A DNA stretch of 63,359 nucleotides, the filler included, from Neolecta irregularis DAH-3 (lineage: Eukaryota): assembly GCA_001929475.1 (NCBI GenBank). It is 7 parts of 7 records of this genome, joined end to end, with 100 filler letters (N's around TTAATTAATTAA, not from the genome) between each part and the next. Parts side by side here need not be neighbours in the genome. Positions count along the whole stretch, not along the records: positions 41,299 to 56,566 come from LXFE01002335.1; positions 56,667 to 62,238 come from LXFE01002339.1; 5 more parts are not named here. One strand, 5' to 3'. This document shows, piece after piece, positions 44,359 through 58,050 of this stretch (its first letter is position 1; each line of letters begins with the position of its first letter). Position numbers and translations under genes: made by a program. The notes under the pieces are model-generated. The model did no database searches, was not told where the DNA came from, and saw nothing but the letters and a program-made list of their open reading frames with translations.

Positions 44359-46543
44359 ATGTTTAATCAGTACTGTCTGATATCAAGCGTAGTCGCAGGT
44401 AGAGGCCGGATTGTTTTTCGTATCTCTCGTATAGAAACAACCCGTTTCTTCTCCCAGACTATATTCTGTCTCCGGTCCAGTACCGCCGTCGGCAGACAAG
44501 ACACATCCGTTCCAGAAACCCGTACTCTCGAACAACCAGAGCTCCTCTTCAATACGCTTTTGCAGCGCCGGACAGAACATCTCCTAGGTTCTTCAGGATG
44601 TATGAAACAGGCCCGTGATCATGGGATCAGCGATACACAGTATACTCGACTGGGTGAACAATACCAACGAGAACTGTTTTCACCCTCTGGAAACACGGAA
44701 AATTTTGGAGTACCAACATTTTCAGCCCTGAGAAATGCACACAAAAATTCATCGGTGCGTGGTCTCGATGCCTTGCTTTTGGACGGGCTTATTGCATTTT
44801 CGCTGCATAATTCAGCTTCTTCAGTTGAGCTGCAAATGCAAAGACAGCTCACCGATATGCGTTATCCGCACGAATGGTTTCCGGCTGCGCGTGCCCTTCA
44901 GCGGACCTGGCATCTTCATGTTGGACCAACCAACAGCGGAAAGACATATCACGCACTCTGCCGCCTTGAAACTGCATCCTCGGGCTGGTATGCTGGGCCG
45001 TTGCGGCTGCTTGCTCATGAGATTTTTGATCGCCTAAACAGCAAAGGCATTGCGTGCAATCTATCGACGGGTGAGGAACGCAAAACAGTTTCGCTAGATG
45101 CAAAAATCACCAGCAGCACTGTCGAAATGGTGGATACCACAAAGACATTCGACGTTGCAGTTATCGACGAGATCCAAATGATTGGCGATCCTCAGCGTGG
45201 CTGGGCTTGGACGGCAGCTCTTCTTGGTATGCAGGCAACCGAAATGCACCTTTGTGGCGATGAAAGCGTTGTAGATGTGTTGCAGGATCTCGCGAAGAAA
45301 ATTGGTGATCGGCTCATTATCCACCGCTACAACCGCCTCGGGCCATTACAACCGCTCAAACAATCTCTCAATGGCCAACTCGCCGCTGTACAAAAGGGCG
45401 ATTGTATAGTCACTTTTTCCCGCAAAAACATATTTTCCATAAAACGAAGTATCGAAGAACTGACTGGGCTGAGATGCGCCCTCGCCTATGGAGGATTACC
45501 ACCAGAAACAAAATCATCTCAAGCACGGCTGTTTAACGATCCAGAAAGCGGCTATGATGTACTAGTTGCGTCTGATGCCGTTGGAATGGGCCTCAATCTG
45601 TATGATTTTCACTCTACCTAGTCTAACCACCAGCTCAATCCGCAGAATGGTTTTTGAAACAATGGAAAAATTCAATGGCACAAACTTTGAGATTATTCCC
45701 ACTCCTCAAATCAAACAAATTGCTGGAAGAGCAGGCCGGTATCGAGCAGCAGTTCCAACTATGGGCCCAGTTCCTGAGGCTCCTACTACTGGTTATGTAA
45801 CAACCCTTGATTCCGAAGATTTACCCATTCTCTTCAAAGCATTATCTCATCCAACTGTTCCCCTAGTCTCTCTTGGCCTCGCTCCAACATACCCTATAGT
45901 CGAACACTTTGCATCATTGTTTCCTCCAAGCGTTTCCTTTGCCTTAATACTCAAACAGCTCCAACTCATGTCATTCACATCCCCAACCTACCATCTCTGC
46001 TTGTTTGACGAGAAGATACAAATTGCCCATCTGATCGATGAAGCAAAAGGTCTTTCAGTCGCCGATCGTTACACAGTATGTTGTGCGCCTATAAATCTTC
46101 GAGATCGCTCTGTCCCTGCAAACGTGCTCGAATTCGCAAACATACTAGGCCAAGGACGAACCGTGAACATTGCAGAAATGCAAGGCATAGATCTAGAAGC
46201 GATAGACATGGGTCCACCTAAAAACATAAACAGTCTTCAACGCCTAGAAAGTCTCCATAGGGTCCTTTTAATCTACTTTTGGCTCGCGTACTTGCCCCAT
46301 CCATTATTTTTGCTGACTGTACGTCAACGGTACCCAGTGAATTTTATCTGCAATGAACAGACAGCAGCAGTTAAACAAAAAGTCGAACAACTCATCGAAA
46401 TGGGTCTCGGTCGCATGCGATTCGTTCGTCAACAAAAGGGACAGCGAAATTTCAAAGCAAGTCGATTCGAAAGGGAAGGACCAGTCATTCAACAAGCGCC
46501 ATCTTCTACTTTTGTATGTAACAGCCAACCAGTTCAACAATGA
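44359..46543 (+). CDS. SUV3: Mitochondrial RNA helicase Suv3
   Basis: HVGPTNSGKTYHAL, GPLRLLAHE, VAVIDEIQMIGDPQRGWAWT, YGGLPPE, VASDAVGMGLNL, KQIAGRAGR. Confidence 0.96.
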
Positions 46544-46720
46544 ACGACTCGAGACTAATCAACCGCACATAGACATTAACCGCACTGTGAGAAGAGAAAT
46601 TGTTTTTATAGATGGTAGAGGTATATTCCGATGTTTTCTTTTATACTTTATTATTTTTTGGAAGGTTGGTATGTAGATACAAGTCTTTAAATTAAAAATT
46701 CACCCGTAACTGGTCTCCTC

Positions 46721-48475
46721 ATGAAATCCATTCCCTGCGGTTCCTCGGATTCGTCAAAAGTGTCATTATCCATCCCCATGACCCAGGAACCATCTTTTAA
46801 AGAAAATCTATATCAGCCGCCGTGGTACGCGAATCATTTTATTGGTATCGCTGGACCGAGCGGAAGCGGAAAGACTTGGGTCGCCAAACAACTTATCCGA
46901 GAGTTGAATGTTTTAATCCCACCATAAAGATGAAAATTAATCTCTTTAGGTTCCATGGGTAATCATCATGAGCTTGGATTCTTTTTATAAGAGTTTGAAT
47001 CCGGAACAACATGAACGCGCCCATCGAGAGTACGAATTCATGGACTATCCCCAAATTTATTCTATTCCAGTGAGTATAATTTCGATCATCCAGATGCCAT
47101 CGATTGGAATCTAATGGCTGAGAAACTGGGAGAATTAAAAAATGGGTAAATTAAATGATGCTTTATAATATACCTAACTCTTTCCTCCAGAAAAAAAGTC
47201 GAGATCCCGATTTACAGTTTCAAGGAACATCAACGGTAGGAAAAATATTCAAAATTGGCTTTGTTGATTTGGAAGGATGGAGGAGACTACTACTTTATAT
47301 GGTGCCAATGTTGTTATTTTGGAAGGTATATTTGCATTACACGATGAACGGATACGAAATCTTTTGGATATGAAGGTTTTACCCCTAGTGTAATTTGTTT
47401 AATGACTCTAGGTCTACATTGATACAGACGCTGATCTGTGTCTTGCTCGTCGAAGTCTTCACCTTTTCCTTGTTTCTCTAACCAGGAAGTTCGAAGAGAT
47501 ATCAAAGAACGAGAACGAGATATTGATAGTGTGTTGAAACAATACCTAGCATTTGTAAAACCATCAATCGACAATTATGTCCGGCCACAGCAAAAGAATG
47601 CCGATGTGATCGTCCCATGGGGAACAGAGAATCTCGCTGCAGTCAGTATGCCGCGGTTTATTACACATAAACTCAATAATAGGATTGCTTGTTCAACATA
47701 TTCAACGGGCACTTTCAGAACGGAGTGATCTTCATAGAGAAGGCTTGAAAAAACTCGGAAAACGATGTTCTGAGGATGAAGGAATTCCAGACAATGTTCT
47801 AGTTTTGAAGAATACTGAAGAAGCAACGGCATTGATATTCGTCTAGTACGCAGCTGATGACTAGTTTATGCATTCAGTTGTGTCTGATCAATCGTTTTGC
47901 GGTGACAAGTATATGCTCTATCTCGAGCGAATTGCGGCGTTAGTCCTCGAGCGGTACAACTTGAATTGAATATACTTGACATTCAGCGCACTGGATGATT
48001 CACCAGATCGAGATATTCCATTGGACGTGACTTATACAGGTCAAGAAAAAGCCGCCGAGGTTTGTGGAGTCTCCATTTTCCGAGCAGGAAACCGACTCAA
48101 AGCAGGATTACAAAGAGTTCTTCGCCAGGTGTCAATTGGCGAATTGGTTATCGAACATAACCCAGAGACAGGAGAACCTCAGCTTCATGACCGGAATATT
48201 CCCTCCAACATTGCAAATAAGCATGTTCTTCTCATGGTTTGTCAGCGTTGCAATTGGTATTAAAGATCTAGGATTCCCAGATTGCTACTGCGTCGATTGC
48301 GTTGATGGCAATTCGAGTTCTGTTGGACCATGGAGTCAAGCAAGACCGAATTATCTTTGTTACATTCACTGCCTGTCCTCAAGGCTTGCGTGCTTTATCA
48401 AAGGTGTTCCCCAAAGTCCGTATCGTAGCAGGTGAACTGGACGACGAACTTGTTCACAAGCACAATGGGTCATGA
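46721..48475 (+). CDS. URK1: Uridine kinase with C-terminal UPRTase-like domain
   Basis: IGIAGPSGSGKT, SLDSFYK, NFDHPDAIDW, VVILEGIFAL, RRDIKERERD, FVKPSIDNYVRP, GVSIFRAG; many short introns. Confidence 0.92.
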
Positions 48476-48510
48476 ATGTGTTTAATGACGTTATTTTATT
48501 TATCTGAATA

Positions 48511-49110
48511 TCATTTAGTGTGGATGTTTTTGAGAGGGCCGGGGCCTATTGATAGTCAGAGTTTTCCTTTGTGCATAAGAGTTCATATACAGTAGACGTA
48601 GTTGTTTGCATACGCCTTTGGTTTGAGGCAACGGTGTTGCGGCTCCTGGATGAAGTAGTCCCAGCCTAACATCAGTACAATCCAAGGTGGTGAACCAGTC
48701 TAACCCTGCTTCTCTGCAAAGTGAATAGCATCATCCTTGGTGTTGAATTTCAAGCGGGTGCCCTGCATATAGTCTGAAGATGCTGCCCATCCAATCAAAG
48801 GATGTTCCCACCGGGTGTTTTTGCCAGGAATATCAAATTCCAGCTCCCAGTTTCGAGTCGCATGGACTCCGCTTTGCATTGGTGTTTTCGCAGGTTTGAA
48901 TATCCGTACCGTGCGATGATGAAGCTCATCTGGAGCCCCGGAAAAGACATCTGCGGCTAATGCTATTCTGGGTTCTGGTTCATGATGGATCTGGACAGAT
49001 TGCAACGGTACATCCAAGCTCTGTGCTTTGGTGATTATACGACGAATCGCACTACGTTTAGCTGTGAATCCTCGAAATAGTCGCTGGCATCTTAAACTAG
49101 GGGCAGCCAT
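48511..49110 (-). CDS. NDUFS4: Complex I subunit NDUFS4 (18/21 kDa)
   Basis: RTVRIFKPAKTPMQSG, RWEHPLIGWAASSDYMQ, AIHFAEKQGWDYFIQEP, KAYANNY; 2 introns. Confidence 0.94.
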
Positions 49111-49201
49111 GACCACGGTTTATGGTGGAAATAAAAGAATCGGAGTTTGAAAAACATGAACACCAGGCTCATAGTCTGTTCTCAGTACTTTTCGCGCCGC
49201 G

Positions 49202-49639
49202 ATGTCGTTTATCGTCCGTCGAGCACTCTCAACTAGCATTGTGATTCCTCCAAAGATTGCGTCGCCCGCTGTATAGTCCGCTGTTGTTTTTGTTGTTTTT
49301 GACGCGACTGTGTAGGCTATTGGTGCTCCCAAAGATGCCGCCCGTATGGCAAGAATTGTTGATTTTTACTCAAAACTCCCTCGCGGACCCAAGCAAGATG
49401 TCCAGTCGCTGGGGTTGATTGGCCGCTACAAGCAAAAGTACTTTGACGGGGATAATGCCAGTGGCGTTCCGCTGTTGCACCTTATTGGAAGCCTCCTTGT
49501 CGTATTTCTCTTTTCCCATCTCTGTTAATGATAATACCAGATTGGATACTCGATGCAGTACTACTTCCATCTGCGTATGTCTGATATTTTGGTTCTGCTG
49601 ACTATGCAAGGACACCACAAGAACCACCAGCATCATTAG
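49202..49639 (+). CDS. ATP17: ATP synthase subunit f
   Basis: MSFIVRRALST..IPPKIAS, RMARIVDFYSKLPRGP, YKQKYFDGDNASG, IGYSMQYYFHLRHHKN. Confidence 0.94.
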
Positions 49640-49990
49640 AAAGTATATAGCAGATAGGAAACCAACGCTCCTCTATAGACTGAATATTCATCTTGTTATT
49701 AGTGTATGATGTTTGATTTTATGCCGGCTTTTGTGGATTCCTGAACCCGACCTCACCCTCGACCAGCGCATTCTCTCCTCCCAACCCAAGTTCCATACCC
49801 AACCCCGGCGACGCTTTTTGATCGCATAAAACAGATCATAAAACACTCGACCCTTTTCATTGGAGCCACCGCGAGTGGCAGATTTATCTTGTGAGAGGTA
49901 TTGAATTTCCCTTTATATTCCCCCGGTCGCAAATCGCCAGATGGCCATTTGCCTTTTCACAGCTGTGCTGACATGCTTTGGCAGGACAGT

Positions 49991-52900
49991 ATGACTACAG
50001 ATATTGATTCGCCTTCCATGGGAGAACGACCTGAACTCGTATCGAATTCTCACCAATGTATTAACCCTGTGCATCTCCTCTGATACTGACCTCATTAAAA
50101 AGCAAATCCTCAAACCCAACTCTCGATAAATTCCGCGACATTTACATCTGCAGATTCGCGCAATAGTCTTTCTCCTTTATCCGCGCCCGACCCGCCTCCT
50201 GCGCCCAATACCGCTACGACATCTGAGAAACCAAGAGACTCTTTGCAAACTACTGAAACTGGGTATACTTCAGGAAGCAACTCGGATTCTGCGGGTAAAT
50301 CGGTGATTTTCAAAAAACCCAAACCCATCACCTCGACATCGATAAACAAAGTCTTTTTAAACAAAGCAGTGACTTCCTCTTCTTCCCCTTCCCAATCTCA
50401 GACTTCTGGTCTCAAAAAATCGGGAGCCCAGATCTCGCAATGTACGTTTTTCGAGAAATTGATATAGTCTACTTACGCTACAGCGTTACCCAAGTCATCA
50501 TTTGCTTCTCCAACTACCACCTCATGGGGATCCTCAGCAAAATCCCGTCTAGCAACCAAAATCAGCAACTCGCAAGCCGCAAAACGCGAAAATTCTTCTT
50601 CGCCAAAACCATTGGATGGTCGGCATGGCGGTTCTAAGGGATCTGCTGCTGCAGACTCTGTCTGGAATCGCGGAAAAGGTTTGTTCCTAGTCCTTTTTTT
50701 TTCTCTTTTTGTAATTGGCGCAGCTCCAGAAGAAATCGACATGAGTACTATTCATATGGCTGCGAGGCTAGAGTCGAGAGATAAAGACACAGCGGGATGG
50801 GATGAGGTACTTTTACTAAAACTCTATCTCGTTGACAACTGAGATTGATGATGACGATGACGATTGGGCAGATACTATTGATTTCGGTGACGGAACGAAG
50901 ATCACTATTACCCATGAAGATCCAGCTTCTTCTGACCAAACTGTACCTGGAGAACCTCAGTCCGCCCAACCCGGAACTCAATCGGCTTCAACACCAACAT
51001 CTGCATCTACAAAAGCCGCTACATCGCCGTGGAAACCTATTTCCGCACCAGAACCAGCGTCGATTCCAGTGCAGGCGCCAATAACCCTGCATCCTGTGTC
51101 CCACACGGAGCGCTTTTCAGAAGACATGTTTGATCGTTCATGGAGGCATAAAGGACCTCCAGCTGCCACTCGTTCAATATTTAACGCAAATACTGGAAAA
51201 TTTGAACAAGTCGATGAAAGCTCCATAAAAGTAAGAACTCGACAAGCAAGCCGAGGCTCTACACGCGAATTACCGCCCAAGAATCGTATTCCTAGCGACA
51301 GTAACACAAGTGACCGAGGAAATCGAAGTGGGCGAAGAGCCAGCAACGCGTCGAGTCGACATGCGAGTGTTAATGCTGATGATCTTTCATTTGTATTAAA
51401 ATCTTCACCTACGGTTAGCCATGCAGTTCCCGTGTTCGATCAATCTCCCATAGAACCTCAAGTTGATATTGAAACAATTCAGAATTCAATAATGCTTGAT
51501 ACGAGGGAACGAGCCAGAAAACGGAAAGAAGAAGAGTTGGCTGCCGAATCCGCCAGAATGCAACGCACGAAACAAAAAGCTGAAGAACTTGCCAAGAAAT
51601 CCGAAGCTTCAAAGGCAGAGAAACTTGAAAAGGAGAAGTTAGACAAAGATCGAGCTGCAACCCAAACTGCTTCTCCAAGAAAAGTCCTACCTCGAAGTTC
51701 ACCAACGAGACCAACAGTCGTCATTCCTACGTCTTCAGAAGACATTCAACCGGAAAAAGATTCACCAAGAAAGAGAGCCGCTGGGTTTCGTACAACTTCA
51801 GCAAAAACAAAACTTGTTACGGTCTCAAAATTCCAACCTGTAGAACCCTCTTTACTACCTCCTTCCATACCTTGGAGATCATCTTCTCAAACAGCCGGGC
51901 CGAGTGGATCGAAAGCTCCAGACTCTATATTACAGCGGCAGAAACCAATCTCTTCTTCGCCTCCTCCGTTGCAAAAACCTTCTTCGAACTCTAGCTTTGA
52001 CGATCGACAGTCATTATCAGACTTTTCTCGAAAGACGCCAACAGCTTTGATGGAATCAGATCTTGGATCTACTACCAATCCTCGAAAACAGAAATGTGCC
52101 AAAGCTCGATCGGTAACTCAAAATAATAGTTTGTCGCTGATCAATTGTAGCCTGTTCAACCTGATCGAATGAATGCATGGAATGCATATGCATCAAACAT
52201 TCAAAGAGAAGAACAAATTGCAAAAGACCGTACTGTTCCAGAAAATCGAAAAGATTCCGTAGTCAACGTTAAATCTATAAACCAACCACGTCTTCAAAAC
52301 AACTGGAGAAAAGTTCACATTCTGGAAAATGGAGAACGCAGTTATGGTGAAAATGTAGTAAAGGTCATTGATCCCAAGAAAGATAGTCCGGTTAAACAAG
52401 GAGATGCACATCCGGCTTATAATCCATCATCGAGGTCAACTTCGAGATACTTTCCTTCAGAATCGGCAAAGTCTGCGATTTCAGCTCATCTCGGACTTGA
52501 TTTGAAACGAAATTCGTCAAAGACAGCAGATGAACATCCTCAAGATCCCGCTACAAAAATTGAACTTACTTCGTCAACTTTGTCCACGATTGTAAAACTC
52601 CCACCAGCAGGTCGAGAGGCACTTCATGGTGGTATCTCACATTTTTCTCCTACTCTGACCCCGCCTTCATCTCCTTCAAAAAGTCTGCATGGTTCGCCTC
52701 GGTATGCACATCCTTCAATGAGCTCGTTCACCAGTACAATGCAAAGAATAAAGGAGCGGATGCATTATAGACCAGCAAATCCAAAGCCTCGGGCTGCATC
52801 CCCAGAAACCAGCCTCAACGAAGCAACGGTCTCGCCTAGTCTAACATTCTCGGCACCGAGCAGTATTGCTGTCAAAATGCCTTCAATCAGATTAGTCAAT

Positions 52901-53284
52901 CATTGCAAGATGAAGGAACTTGACTCGTGGAACCTGCATATGAGGATTGATTTCCCTGTCGAACAAGCGGTCGTGAACATCCCAGAGGATAAGCGAAAGC
53001 TTCATGTGTCAAATTTCGAGTTTGGGATTTGCTATCCAAAGGAAGCGGCGGACTTGCTCCCGCTATCACGAGACGAACTTCTATTTCAAGTTTTCCCTAT
53101 GGCCAGTCAACTCCAAATTCAAATTCCCGGCATGCCTGAACCTATCAAAATCTGCAAGCCTCGCTTGCAGATTCATAAAAGATCCTTTTTGGGTAAACGA
53201 GGAGGAAGGAAAGGACCCAATTCTAGTCGAGCAGAAGATGGACCATGGAGAAAGGAGAGTCCCATTGTTGATTCTCCGAATTAG
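49991..53284 (+). CDS. Large S/P/R-rich disordered protein with conserved-looking N-terminal motifs (possible PRRC2/BAT2-like)
   Basis: Long ORFs linked by short introns; motifs TSINKVFLNKA, VWNRGK and IHMAARL..GWDEIDDDDDDWADTIDFGDGTK; central coiled coil. Confidence 0.6.
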
Positions 53285-54023
53285 CTTTTGTGCATTTGTT
53301 GTATATGATATGATTTTTGATGGACGATAGTAATATCTTTGTTCGCTTTTTTATCATATTGTGTATATCCTGGCCTTTTCGAGATTTGTAAAAAGATGAT
53401 GAAACAGTCGCTTTTTCCACCCAACCATCTTTTCATCTTTTCATTGGATTTCTCATTCTACCGGTAATCTGTAAGTACTCTTCAAATATTCTCATTCAAT
53501 CGAATAATATGATGCTCTGCAAGTTGGGAATCTCTCTGAACTACATATTGTAGAAAATGATTTAACTTGTTCTGATTTACTATTTCTTTTCATATTTCTT
53601 TTCATCTCAGCCTTAGTCTGACACAAAGCTTACCGTCATAGTGTTGCCGTTGATTAAGCTGGTGCTGAAATGGCACAAGCAGCAGGTGTGTACTGCTTTC
53701 CTTTCAGGATCATGTTTTCTTGGGAAATGCTATGATTATAACAAGTCATGCACCACTCTGCTCTTTGTGATGATTGACTCCACATAAATGAGCATATTTT
53801 TATGACTTGATCACTATTTCTTGCTGGAATATTGAATCGAGTGCTGATATTTTGTAGGTTCTATCTAAAGTGCTCTCTTTTCAATAAATACTATATAGTG
53901 AGTAATACGATTTTGTTCTGGCATGTTCTTTTCCTCACCTAAATCTCCTTTGATATTTTTGCCGGTGTGTCTAATTGTATCTTGTTGAAAATATTTTCTG
54001 CGCAAGATGCCATAAACATCCTC

Positions 54024-55074
54024 ATGTCTACACCAATAATAGCCACAAAGGCACACAAACCTTCATCAAATTGGGCGGCTCTTAAGAAGGTTTTGAATAT
54101 CTAGGCCTCGAGAAAACTAATTTGATAGAAAATTACACCATCTTCGACGAAACGGAAAAGACTCGATAAAAGATCTCAACCTCGAAAATCAAAGAATGCC
54201 AAAGAGTATGCTTTCACCCACTATATTTTGTTCTATTCTGATAAGTATCAGAGAGACTGCACCTATTGAAGTTTCTACTACGAAAGAATCGCTAAGCTCG
54301 TGGGCTGAAGATAATGATATTTCAAAAGCAGATTTGGAGCTCGCCTATGGGCCTTCATCAAAAGCCCGCGCTGCCGTAACACTCTCTTCGACAGACACAA
54401 AGTATTATTTCATCCTATAGTAAATACTAACCCAACTCGGCCTGGAAAATATTTGGCCCTTGATTGCGAAATGGTTGGTGTCGGATCAGCCGAAGATCAA
54501 AATTCCGTTTTGGCGCGAGTTTCAATTGTGAATTATCACGGAAATGTAATACTGGATACCTTTGTCAAACCCAGGGAGAAAGTCACGGATTGGAGGACAT
54601 GGGTGAGCGGAGTGAGTCCCAGGATGATGACTCAAGGTTAGCAATACCCCAAAAGTCTTTTTATTGACTTATCTAATAGCAAGAGAGTTTGACGACGTTC
54701 AACAAGAAGTAGCTCAGTTGTTAGACGGGAGTATACTAGTTGGACATGCGGTTCATCATGATTTGCAAGCATTGTTACTTTCACATCCGCGAAAAATGAT
54801 CCGAGATACTTCATTGCATAAACCATTTCGCTCAACCTCAAAAGGAAAAACACCTGCGCTGAAAAAGGTTGTAAGGGAGACTCTGGGCATCGAAATTCAG
54901 GGTGGAGAACACTCTTCGGTACATCTTTTGAAATAGTTCGGTTTGTACTAAATGACTTAGATAGAAGATGCAAAGGCCACAATGCTTCTTTATCGTAGCC
55001 ACAAAGCTGAATTCGAAACTGCTCATCGCAACAGATATCAAGACCGAAACAAGGACTCGCAGAATACAGAATGA
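54024..55074 (+). CDS. REX4: RNA exonuclease 4 (DEDDh)
   Basis: [68 protein letters not shown]. Confidence 0.94.
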
Positions 55075-55310
55075 CCATTATACTAGTCAAGCTTCAAAGA
55101 GCCAAAGAAAGTGTATTTACAATTTCTGGGGCAGAGCGGGAAATAGCAGGCAATAGTGTTCAACTATTTGTCTATCTATTTGGTAATGTATTATACGTTA
55201 CATCCTAGAAACAAACTCCATTTATGCGACGACCATGTCTTTAAGCTTTTTGCAAGTTCGAGAGGGCTAAAGGATAGTAGTGCAAGAGATCATTTGTGCC
55301 CGGCAACCCG

Positions 55311-56369
55311 TCAATCCATCTTTTTGTCCATAACAACACATTTTCTGGCAATTTTTCCCTTTGCAAACAATCTTGCCCTCCAAGCTAGCCAAATTCTCGT
55401 CCGTCGAAGCTCAGCATGCTCATCAACGTCATTCCAAGAGCATACATTGTTTACATTTTTAAGCTTCCTTGCAATCTCGATGCAGTCTCGAGCATGATCT
55501 TTTGATAAATCAAGAATTGAAAGGATAATTGCTCCATTAGGAGGCGGTGGTACGGTAACATTGACGAGTATGTGCTTTTTAAAGTGTATTGATGTAAAAT
55601 GATTGTACTCGATGACTTCAGCATCAAAAGTAGAATTATTGATATAATCAAAAGTATGCAGTAGAAGGCCACCTTGGGCAAGATAATTATGAAAGAAGCG
55701 ATCAATATGATAAACGTCGAGCAAAACGATTCGACTATATGTAGGTAAACAGAGCAATGGATGATATAGTTGCAAGTTTGTTTGCTTGCTGTCCCAGCAG
55801 AAACCTCGAGAGTTTACCAGAGTAGGAAATAACGGTTCTTTGGTATCAAATCCCAAGTCTAGAAAAACGTACTCTTTTCAGATTGGATATTTGAGGACAT
55901 ACATTTTCAGTGCTAGACAAGTCAAGTCCCCAGGAATCTGGGATAATGTTTCTGTGGTCGATTGGCTCTATGAAGAGACAAAGGAAGCATACTTTGCAAT
56001 TCCATCTTCAACTGTGACACTGCATTGAAGGAGCAATCTGATAGCCGTGAACAGACGTGGCACTGACCATCCCATAAAACAGTACTCATCCATCATCCAT
56101 ATTGTTTCTGTCAAGTCATCCCTTTCTTCAATCTGTCCATAAGAATAATGATGCAAAAGAGTTGCAATTTGAATACGACGACTGGTTAGATAATGCTTTG
56201 AAGGGTATCTGGAGGACGTCGGCACGAACAATTGACGAAGACTATCTTTTGGTATTGAAAGAAACTTGCGGATGATTAATCGTATTCCTATGGTCATTAA
56301 AGTTAATAAGATGATCATAGGAAGCAGAAGATTATATGAAATGGCAGGATTTAGCAAAGAGAGCATCAT
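55311..56369 (-). CDS. Hypothetical protein with N-terminal transmembrane helix
   Basis: ORFs of 150 and 181 aa separated by intron-like GTATG..AG segments; hydrophobic LLLPMIILLTLMTIGIRLII. Confidence 0.5.
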
Positions 56370-56666
56370 GGAGTAGGTGGACCAAATCGATATGCACCTC
56401 CGATATGGATTCATAACCACCAGGGTTCCTAACCGACTGGACCAGACCGACCAAGACCCCTGGTCTGGTCGGTCTGGACCATCCTATACATTCCAAAAAG
56501 TATTTCTAACAGATATATGTTGCTTGGTTATAATGGAAATTTTTGAATTAACAATGATGTATCTTGNNNNNNNNNNNNNNNNNNNNNNNNNNNNNNNNNN
56601 NNNNNNNNNNTTAATTAATTAANNNNNNNNNNNNNNNNNNNNNNNNNNNNNNNNNNNNNNNNNNNN

Positions 56667-57753
56667 CTGGCGGGAAGTGGAGCGGTTGTGCGGGTTGGAT
56701 AAAAGGAACAGTGGATAAAGTGTACAGCATGGTATTTTGTAACTTTGTTTCAACTCAAAATGAAGTTTACAAACGTCTACCCAATGTGAAAATTATGCCA
56801 ACTTATATCTCAATGGAATGCTTTTTCATCTGACTAGAGCAGCAGCTTTCATCTTCACCAACATAATCTTCATTACCATCTACAGAATATTTACCAGTTT
56901 CAATTGACTCACAGGTAAGTGGCACACCTGCAGACACTGGGTGATTGAAAGACAAGTGCTCTAAATAACAAGATGAGCACCTTGTGCCAGTTAACAAAAA
57001 CTCAAAGAAGATGAGAATATATGATACAATTGTAATAATTAAGGTGGATTGTGTGGAGATTGTGTAAGGTAAGGTACAGTGTTGCAGATGGACCATGGAC
57101 TTAGCCCGGCCCATTAATAGTCCATGGACTGGACTAGGGAAAAAGCCCGGCCCATTCGGCGGCCCATGGGCCGAATGGGCCATATCACGTGATATAACTA
57201 GTAGAATTTATCCCGTTAAGAAAATCGCCGCTACAGGATCAACACAACATCCTTGATTTTCCTATTGCCCTGCCCATCTCTGCTCTGCATGCCACCACCC
57301 AAATGGTTGTCACATGTTAGGCCCGGCCCGGCCCATGCACAAGTCCATGGGCTGGGCTGGACCCTCAAAAAAGCCCATGGACTTTGGCCCATCTGCAACA
57401 CTGCTTAGTATGGTAGGTAACTTTGCATTTGGTGTGTGGTGGCAGTGTCCAACTGCCCACCCAGTCAATGAGTGCTGATTGTGAAAGGGAATTCAGCCAA
57501 GCAGCAAAACTGATACCTGATGAAAGAAATCAGGATGATACAGTTAGGGTTAGGGTTAGGGATGATGCAGTTGAAACAGATGAATGCCAGAAGATCTGGC
57601 TGCTTAAGGGGCTTTTTGTGAATGGTCATAATAGCAATGGAAGAAATGGCCAGATAGAAATCAATTCATATTAGAAATTGTCGTTATTTGGTGAATGCGG
57701 GATTGAAACATGTAAATTGTTAATTCCTGCTGGACGGGCGGTTGGACACACTG
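56667..57753 (+). mobile_element. Degenerate hAT transposon (dimerisation-domain remnant and right terminus)
   Basis: 57423-57674 reads SMSADCEREFSQAAKLIPDERN..DDAVETDECQKIW (hAT C-terminal dimerisation motif); ends GGACGGGCGGTTGGACACACTG. Confidence 0.75.
57077..57403. mobile_element. 327-bp MITE with 15-bp perfect TIRs, nested in the hAT remnant
   Basis: CAGTGTTGCAGATGG ... CCATCTGCAACACTG with CCATGG/GCCCGGCCC subterminal repeats; no clear TSD. Confidence 0.85.
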
Positions 57754-58050
57754 AGTGAGGTCAAGCTATGTTTCGTGTATTCAATAATCTTATATGGTCT
57801 TCTGGTTTGATGGAAAAATTGTGGGAATCATGATAGTCGACGTCCTTGCTACTTTTAGCTATGATCAACATGCGACAGAACTGTCTTTAATGGGGCGTTC
57901 AGGGGCGAGAAATGGTTAGATTTGCAACGGTGATCTATGGTCAAGGCGTGATTTAGACGTTACTACAACCGTGATTGGCTACACTGAGCCACCCACCATC
58001 TTGCTTTGTTCAATGGGATTGTGCGACGGTCAACAGCCAAGAGAATAACG

